This document shows, piece after piece, positions 37,901 to 42,412 of a DNA stretch of 42,412 nucleotides. Position 1 is the first letter of the stretch; the number at the start of each line of letters is the position of its first letter. The DNA is from a virus (Duplodnaviria; Caudoviricetes): IMG/VR virus record IMGVR_UViG_3300032227_000612, positions 1 through 42,412 of that record. The stretch is one strand, 5' to 3'. A program made the position numbers and the translations under genes. The notes below the pieces were generated by a model. It did not search any database. It was given only the letters and a program-made list of their open reading frames with translations, and was not told the DNA's origin.

Positions 37901-40900
37901 TTTTTGTGTTATAGCAGGACTTAATGCATATAGAGTATTTAGTCCATAGTTTGCAGATGTTGTTTGAGTAAAACTCCATCCACTTGAATAATTTACACCA
38001 GGATTTTTTGTTGCTATACAATCTACTGTAAACCTATAAAAATAATTTACATCTGAAAGACCTCCAAATGCTATATAAACATATCCACTAACATCTTTAC
38101 CCAAGTATTTTATTAATCCATCATTACCGCTATCTACTATACTATAGGCTATAGGAGCGCCAGAAGGACCATAATCATAGAATACAACTTTAAAATCAAC
38201 TACAGTACTTGCTCCATACCCATATCCTTTTACATTAATTATTACCATTTCAAATGAGGTACCTATAAGAAATGGCGTTTTAATTAAATATCCCCCTGTT
38301 CCATTATCATCTAATGCATAAGTAACAACATTTTTATATTCAGCAATATTTCCATTCCTTTGAGATAGACTTCCTAATACATGTAATGTAGTAAATGGGT
38401 TTGTTGTACCTATACCTACATTACCATTTGTAGCAATTCTAACTTTTTCTCCTGATGTAGTTCCTGCTGGGTAAAATGCTAAAACGGCGGATGATCCTGA
38501 TACACCTGTAATTGTTGGTACTCCTGCTCCATATGTATTTCCCCAGCTAAGATTATATCCATCTCTTAAAATAGCGCTTCCTACTATATCTAATGTATCT
38601 CTAGGTGAAGTAGTACCTATACCTACATTACCATTAGAAGCAATACGCATGCGTTCTAATGAAGTTGTACCATCACTGGTGTAAAATATAAAATTGCCAT
38701 TGCTATTACCATTTCTTGTAAGAAGATAAGAAGTACCTCCGTTATGTCCTAAATCTAAGTATTGATTTGTTCCATCAAGATCTTGAACTCTAACAACACT
38801 TTCTCCAGTATCTGCAACTACTAGTTTTGTAAGTGGATTTGTAGTACCTATACCTACTCTTCTAGAATTATCAATAAATAAAGAAGAGCTTTGGGTATAA
38901 AATGGTAAACGATTTGATGAGGCGTCATATCCTATTTGATATCCACTAGTAGAGCCATTATTGTAAGCTACACCAGCAAACCATCTAATGTTAGAATCTG
39001 TAGTAGTCATATTAATACCTCTAGCTCTAATATCAGTATTTGATCTTAATTCTACAAGAGTAGCTGTAGCTGGAGATGATCCGCCTTTATTTCCTTCTAT
39101 ATAAACAATAGGAGTTGTATCAGAATTATCTTGAGATTCAATTCTTAACATTGAATTAGTAGAGCCTGAAATATGAAGTTTAGCAGTCGGGTTTGTGATG
39201 CCTATACCTAGATTTCCTACTAAATCTAGTCTCATTTTTTCAGTTAGTGAACCACCACCGAAAGTATAAAATAGCATAGAGCTATTTGAATTTGCTATAT
39301 GGTTATGTAAAGCACCAATTGCAACAGAACCACCTGTACCTCCTGCATTATTGTTAAATGCCCCTATTGATATTCTAGTTGTTGTTTCACTTGTCTGTGT
39401 TGTATTAAATGCGGCTGCGTAATTATTACCAGTTCTTACTGTAAATATCTCACTTGGAGACGGTGTTCCTATACCTACATTACCATTGGAACCACTAATT
39501 AACATCCTAATAGATCCGCTAGTTTCAAATGCTAAATCTTGAACATCATTAGTACCTAGAACTGCAGTCACTCCAAAAGAATTTCCACCTTGAATAAATA
39601 CGTTTGATCCTGTTACATTAATAAAGGACGCAGTTAATGCAAATGAAGAAGTAACTGCTCTAGAAGAACTAGTGGCAAAACTAGCACTAGTAGCAAAAGA
39701 AGCTGTTGTAGAGAAGCTAGCAGTTCCAAATAAAGAGCCTGTTATACCACCACTAACATTAAGTGAACCTGTAATAACAACACTTCCACTTATATCTAAA
39801 ATACCATTTAATAAATTTTCTTTTCCAATACCAATAACTGATTGGGAAACAAAAAAAGCTCTTTGCCCAAATTGACCAATACGAACTGTATTGTCAGAAA
39901 AGGCTTCTATAACAGGAAGACCTGCTGCTGTATTAACTGAGAATAACGAACCGGATAGAGAATCATCTACTTGAAAAAGGCGGCCAGAAGTACCATCTAT
40001 AGAAAACACTCCTGATCCACTTCCTCTAAAATTAGCAACTGTTGTTGATGAAGATATATTTAATGATCCAGTTATTTGAACTGTTGTTCCACCAGCATAA
40101 AATAAATTACTTCTAGTAACAGTATTGCCACCTTCATCAAGGATAACTGTACCGTTTCCTATTACAAAAGATCCTGGGTTACTATCTGGTATTGGTATAT
40201 TAGCTATTCCTACTGCTAATGAATAGAATGGATTTGCTATTGTATATAAACCTTCAGCATGTGAATATTGTCCTGAAGCTGATGTATATGCGCCTTCAGC
40301 ATGTGATCCTATTCCTGATGCTGTTGCATAATAGCCTTCTGCATGTGAATATTGTCCTGAAGCTATAGTATATGAACCTTCAGCGTGTGACCATAGTCCA
40401 GATGCTAAAGTACTAGATCCTTCAGCGTGTGAAAAATTTCCTTGCGCAGTAGTTACTTGACCTTGTGCGTGTGAATTAAGTCCTGATGCCGCGGCTCTAT
40501 CTCCATGAGCTAATGAACCTGTTATACTAGTAGTTCCAGAATTACTTATTGTTATTCTAGTAGTTCCATTAGTTTCTAATGCTAAATTTTGATTATCATT
40601 AGTGCCTAATAATGCAGTAGTACCAAAAGAATTTCCTCCTTGAATAAATGCATTTGAGCCTGTCGAATTGATAAAAGATGCTGTTAGTGCAAATGATGAA
40701 GTAACAGCTCTAGATGAACTAGTGGCAAATGATGCACTAGTAGCAAAAGATGAACTAGTAGCAAAAGATGCACTAGTAGCAAACGATGCACTAGTAGCAA
40801 AGCTTGCAGTACCAAATAATGATCCTGTTAGATTATTAATTATAGTACGATCATTAACATTTAATGATCCTGTTATGTTTAATGATCCTGTTATATTTAA

Positions 40901-42412
40901 TGATCCAGTTACTGTATGAACGTCTGTAGATATATTTCCTATTCTAACTCCTGTGTTTAGTACTTGAAATTCAACTGAACTACCTGTTATAACTGTTAAG
41001 GAACCAGTTACTGTTAGGCCATTAGTATAGTTTCCAGATCCACTAACGTCTAATTTGTATGCTGGTGCTATAGTACCAATACCAACATTACCACTAGAAC
41101 TAACAAATATTTTAGTAGATCCACTAGTTTCTATTTCTAAATTTTGATTATCATTAGTACCTAGAACTGCGGTTGCTCCAAATAAATTACCTCCTTGAAT
41201 AAATACATTTGATCCTGTTACATTAATAAATGATGCAGTTAATGCAAATGATGATGTTACTGCTCTAGATGAGCTAGTAGCAAAAGATGCACTAGTAGCA
41301 AAACTAGCACTAGTAGCAAATGAAGCAGTGGTAGTGAAGCTAGAAGACAAAGCTAAACTAGAACTAGTAGCAAAACTAGAACTAGTAGCAAAACTAGCAC
41401 TAGTAGCAAATGATGCACTAGTAGCAAAGCTAGAAGACAAGGCTAAACTAGCACTAGTAGCAAAACTAGCAGTTCCAAACAAAGAACCTGTTAAATTATT
41501 TGCCGTAACTCTACCAATAAAAGTACTAGATCCACTTACCGTTAAACTGCCTGTAATACTTACAGAACCAGTAAATTGATGAGTATTAGTTGATAATGAA
41601 CCGAACCTAGTTGAGCCAGTTACAAAATCAGTTGAAGAAGTTATAGTTTGCGCTACAATTGTTTGTACTGTAAGTGTATTAGAGATAAGAGCATTACTAG
41701 CTGTTAAACTGTTTCTTACAATAAAGTTATCTGCACTCGATGCTGTTAGTGCATTTATAGCCAAACTAGCAGTGCCTAATAAAGATCCAGTAAAGTTAGT
41801 TGCTACTACAGGTCCTATTACATTTAAAGATCCTGTAATTATAACGCTGCCTGTAAATTCAAATACATCTGCTCTTATAAAGAATTCATCAGCAGATGAT
41901 GCAGTCGCAGCAAAACTAGCACTTCTTGCAAAATTAGCACTAGCAGCAAAGCTAGAACTTATAGCAAAACTAGCAGTCCCAAATAATGAGCCTGTAATTG
42001 TTGGAGCAATTAAAGAGCTTGTTACTGTTAAACCATTAGTAAAGTTTCCAGATCCACTTACATCTAATTTATATGCAGGAGAAGTAGTTCCTATACCTAC
42101 ATTACCGTTACTACCACTAATAGTCATTCTAGTAGATCCACTAGTTTCAAATATTAAATCTTGATTATCATTAGTACCTAGAACAGCAGTAGTACCAAAA
42201 GAATTTCCTCCTTGAATAAATGCATTTGAGCCTGTCGAATTGATAAAAGATGCTGTTAATGCAAATGATGAAGTAACAGCTCTAGAAGAACTAGTAGCAA
42301 ATGATGCACTAGTAGCAAATGATGAACTAGTAGCAAAAGATGCACTAGTAGCAAACGATGCACTAGTAGCAAACGAAGCAGTAGTAGCGAAGCTAGAAGA
42401 CAAAGCTAAACT
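34919..42412 (-). CDS. Giant modular tail-fibre-like protein, 5' end outside window
   Basis: Frame is open to the window edge (the TTG at 42403 is internal); about 17 G.VGIGT-type modules, SHAEG repeats, ATSASF repeats. Confidence 0.85.
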   Translation of the reverse strand, partial: SLALSSSFATTASFATSASFATSASFATSSSFATSASFATSSSRAVTSSFALTASFINSTGSNAFIQGGNSFGTTAVLGTNDNQDLIFETSGSTRMTISGSNGNVGIGTTSPAYKLDVSGSGNFTNGLTVTSSLIAPTITGSLFGTASFAISSSFAASANFARSASFAATASSADEFFIRADVFEFTGSVIITGSLNVIGPVVATNFTGSLLGTASLAINALTASSADNFIVRNSLTASNALISNTLTVQTIVAQTITSSTDFVTGSTRFGSLSTNTHQFTGSVSITGSLTVSGSSTFIGRVTANNLTGSLFGTASFATSASLALSSSFATSASFATSASFATSSSFATSSSLALSSSFTTTASFATSASFATSASFATSSSRAVTSSFALTASFINVTGSNVFIQGGNLFGATAVLGTNDNQNLEIETSGSTKIFVSSSGNVGIGTIAPAYKLDVSGSGNYTNGLTVTGSLTVITGSSVEFQVLNTGVRIGNISTDVHTVTGSLNITGSLNITGSLNVNDRTIINNLTGSLFGTASFATSASFATSASFATSSSFATSASFATSSSRAVTSSFALTASFINSTGSNAFIQGGNSFGTTALLGTNDNQNLALETNGTTRITISNSGTTSITGSLAHGDRAAASGLNSHAQGQVTTAQGNFSHAEGSSTLASGLWSHAEGSYTIASGQYSHAEGYYATASGIGSHAEGAYTSASGQYSHAEGLYTIANPFYSLAVGIANIPIPDSNPGSFVIGNGTVILDEGGNTVTRSNLFYAGGTTVQITGSLNISSSTTVANFRGSGSGVFSIDGTSGRLFQVDDSLSGSLFSVNTAAGLPVIEAFSDNTVRIGQFGQRAFFVSQSVIGIGKENLLNGILDISGSVVITGSLNVSGGITGSLFGTASFSTTASFATSASFATSSSRAVTSSFALTASFINVTGSNVFIQGGNSFGVTAVLGTNDVQDLAFETSGSIRMLISGSNGNVGIGTPSPSEIFTVRTGNNYAAAFNTTQTSETTTRISIGAFNNNAGGTGGSVAIGALHNHIANSNSSMLFYTFGGGSLTEKMRLDLVGNLGIGITNPTAKLHISGSTNSMLRIESQDNSDTTPIVYIEGNKGGSSPATATLVELRSNTDIRARGINMTTTDSNIRWFAGVAYNNGSTSGYQIGYDASSNRLPFYTQSSSLFIDNSRRVGIGTTNPLTKLVVADTGESVVRVQDLDGTNQYLDLGHNGGTSYLLTRNGNSNGNFIFYTSDGTTSLERMRIASNGNVGIGTTSPRDTLDIVGSAILRDGYNLSWGNTYGAGVPTITGVSGSSAVLAFYPAGTTSGEKVRIATNGNVGIGTTNPFTTLHVLGSLSQRNGNIAEYKNVVTYALDDNGTGGYLIKTPFLIGTSFEMVIINVKGYGYGASTVVDFKVVFYDYGPSGAPIAYSIVDSGNDGLIKYLGKDVSGYVYIAFGGLSDVNYFYRFTVDCIATKNPGVNYSSGWSFTQTTSANYGLNTLYALSPAITQKTSGNVGIGTITPLGRLDVKGKGGSYLDGLNIVDSSNAAKTSFVHTAGSLFIGTATNASGADEPADFEQRIRIYEPTATTTNPILQLGDPDFTILQNGTIGIGTTSPANPLDVIGTIRTVKNTTYSSEDGPLMATSADTPAKKISVGYDNTNDFGYISALHSGVGWKNLIIQGSGGNVGIGTIVAGSKLDVNGDAAIRANASTLKLYGTDHSYVEFYPITSAGRKAYFGFGGANTTTLTLANESINGHTVLLTNGTGNVGIGTTTPTEGKLVVANSGPSLIYNKETSQGVNSFWNSSDGSQVQFGAASNHPLLLFTNNTEKVRIASNGNVTIADLSGTGNRIVGTNSSGLLSSITVGSGLSLSGGTLTATGGSTGTVTGTGASTQVAYWTSTSNVTGSNGFVYDAGSGKVGIGTASPTSAKLVINGSAGQEGLDLSTTDQYANLRVIRNSLNAGDKDLFIGYQSGVGSKLHLYSNNSETITVTGDSVGIGTTVPYDKLEVAGAVAAIGASTFNNTQGAATIISMESGTGYLRSVDWGSEYKPLIVNAQNIDIQTGVGSTTSRLYINSSGNVGIGTTTIPSAKLQIVGTTNSLVFDAYSEGFNGSYALLPGRTSVGTISSGYPDFGYNFTTTGGVYTKIGNDTAWGIGLGGGNYMAFKYAAAGAGTFSWNTAMVINLSGNVGIGTTSPSANLDIKGVQDTAGQISLQLRSGNSAANFSSNQITLGYNDTAQYRHAIKTRHNSGAISGNAIDFYTWKQGTDVAGTIGTQHVMSLDGPNVGIGTTAPVSALEVYKASGTNYIYTTNGTANTSNGLIIRYNNTDYMGVIGNPNTGEFRIGGFRTGGYYTTIYSDNAEIVRVTAGNVGIGTTNPGYKLDVVGTINGSGIRGKYIPRTSSTTSTTSVTPTIDTEDVFVVTAQAQSLTINNPTGTIVNGQRFILRIKDNGTPQSLSFGNLYRASTDLPLPSITLAGKTIYLGFIYNSDANRWDLIAKINNF
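39550..42412 (-). repeat. Four copies of an ATSASF-repeat + SRAVTSSFALTASFIN.TGSN.FIQGGN.FG module
   Basis: 18-nt tandem units of variable copy number; a 73-nt perfect direct repeat at 40614-40686 and 42186-42258. Confidence 0.9.
40240..40510 (-). repeat. 14-aa SHAEG (YadA-head/Hep_Hag-like) repeats
   Basis: Six tandem ASG..SHA(E/Q)G..T. type units. Confidence 0.85.

Noticed and set aside
459-42164. All plus-strand ORFs in the track (e.g. 459-674, 25295-25780, 41772-42164) and the nested minus ORF 37603-37806
   Set aside because: They overlap well-supported minus-strand genes and show no motifs; they are shadow ORFs caused by codon bias and repeats.
42401-42403. TTG start for the giant fibre
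   Set aside because: The frame is open to the window edge inside a repeat, so the true start is outside the window.
39660-42412. 18-nt tandem repeats as a possible CRISPR array
   Set aside because: There are no unique spacers; the units are degenerate at third codon positions and in frame within a CDS.
33457-42412. Diversity-generating retroelement targeting the fibre or adhesin
   Set aside because: No reverse transcriptase in the window, and repeat copies do not differ specifically at adenines.
1-42412. Stop-codon reassignment
   Set aside because: Conserved genes are full length in the standard code and end in TAA, TAG or TGA at the expected positions.
1-42412. tRNA or rRNA genes, inteins, integrase or IS elements
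   Set aside because: Intergenic gaps are short with no cloverleaf seen; enzymes have normal lengths; no recombinase or transposase motifs were recognised.

Overview
AT-rich segment of a large myovirus-type (contractile-tailed) phage genome, with every credible gene on the minus strand. A Bacteroidota host is inferred from the lack of Shine-Dalgarno motifs, recurrent GTTATG starts, TAnnTTTG elements and GNVGIGT fibre modules. In transcription order (right to left) it carries: a giant modular fibre (5' end outside the window), a Gly-rich adhesin-like protein and small virion genes; tail sheath, tail tube, a free-standing GIY-YIG endonuclease, a tail-assembly chaperone pair with a probable programmed frameshift, tape measure, baseplate proteins and a large hub-like protein ending in a GH108-like muramidase; a replication module (compact divergent PolA-like protein, gp32-like SSB, RecA/UvsX, 5'-3' exonuclease, DnaB-like helicase, class II RNR, family A DNA polymerase); and a chaperone operon (Hsp20, small ORF, GroES, GroEL cut by the window edge). 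The main leads are: (1) a second, minimal PolA-like protein that keeps both catalytic aspartates but has His at the steric-gate position and a YDSF motif C; (2) a long-range inverted repeat bracketing hsp20, plus a switchable 5' UTR hairpin; (3) a recurrent ATATTTAT element just upstream of late-type genes; (4) a +1/-2 frameshift signal in the tail chaperone; (5) small proteins sharing an N-terminal NE(I/V)KR.Q.LAGII leader. All calls were made by eye from motifs; no database searches were run.
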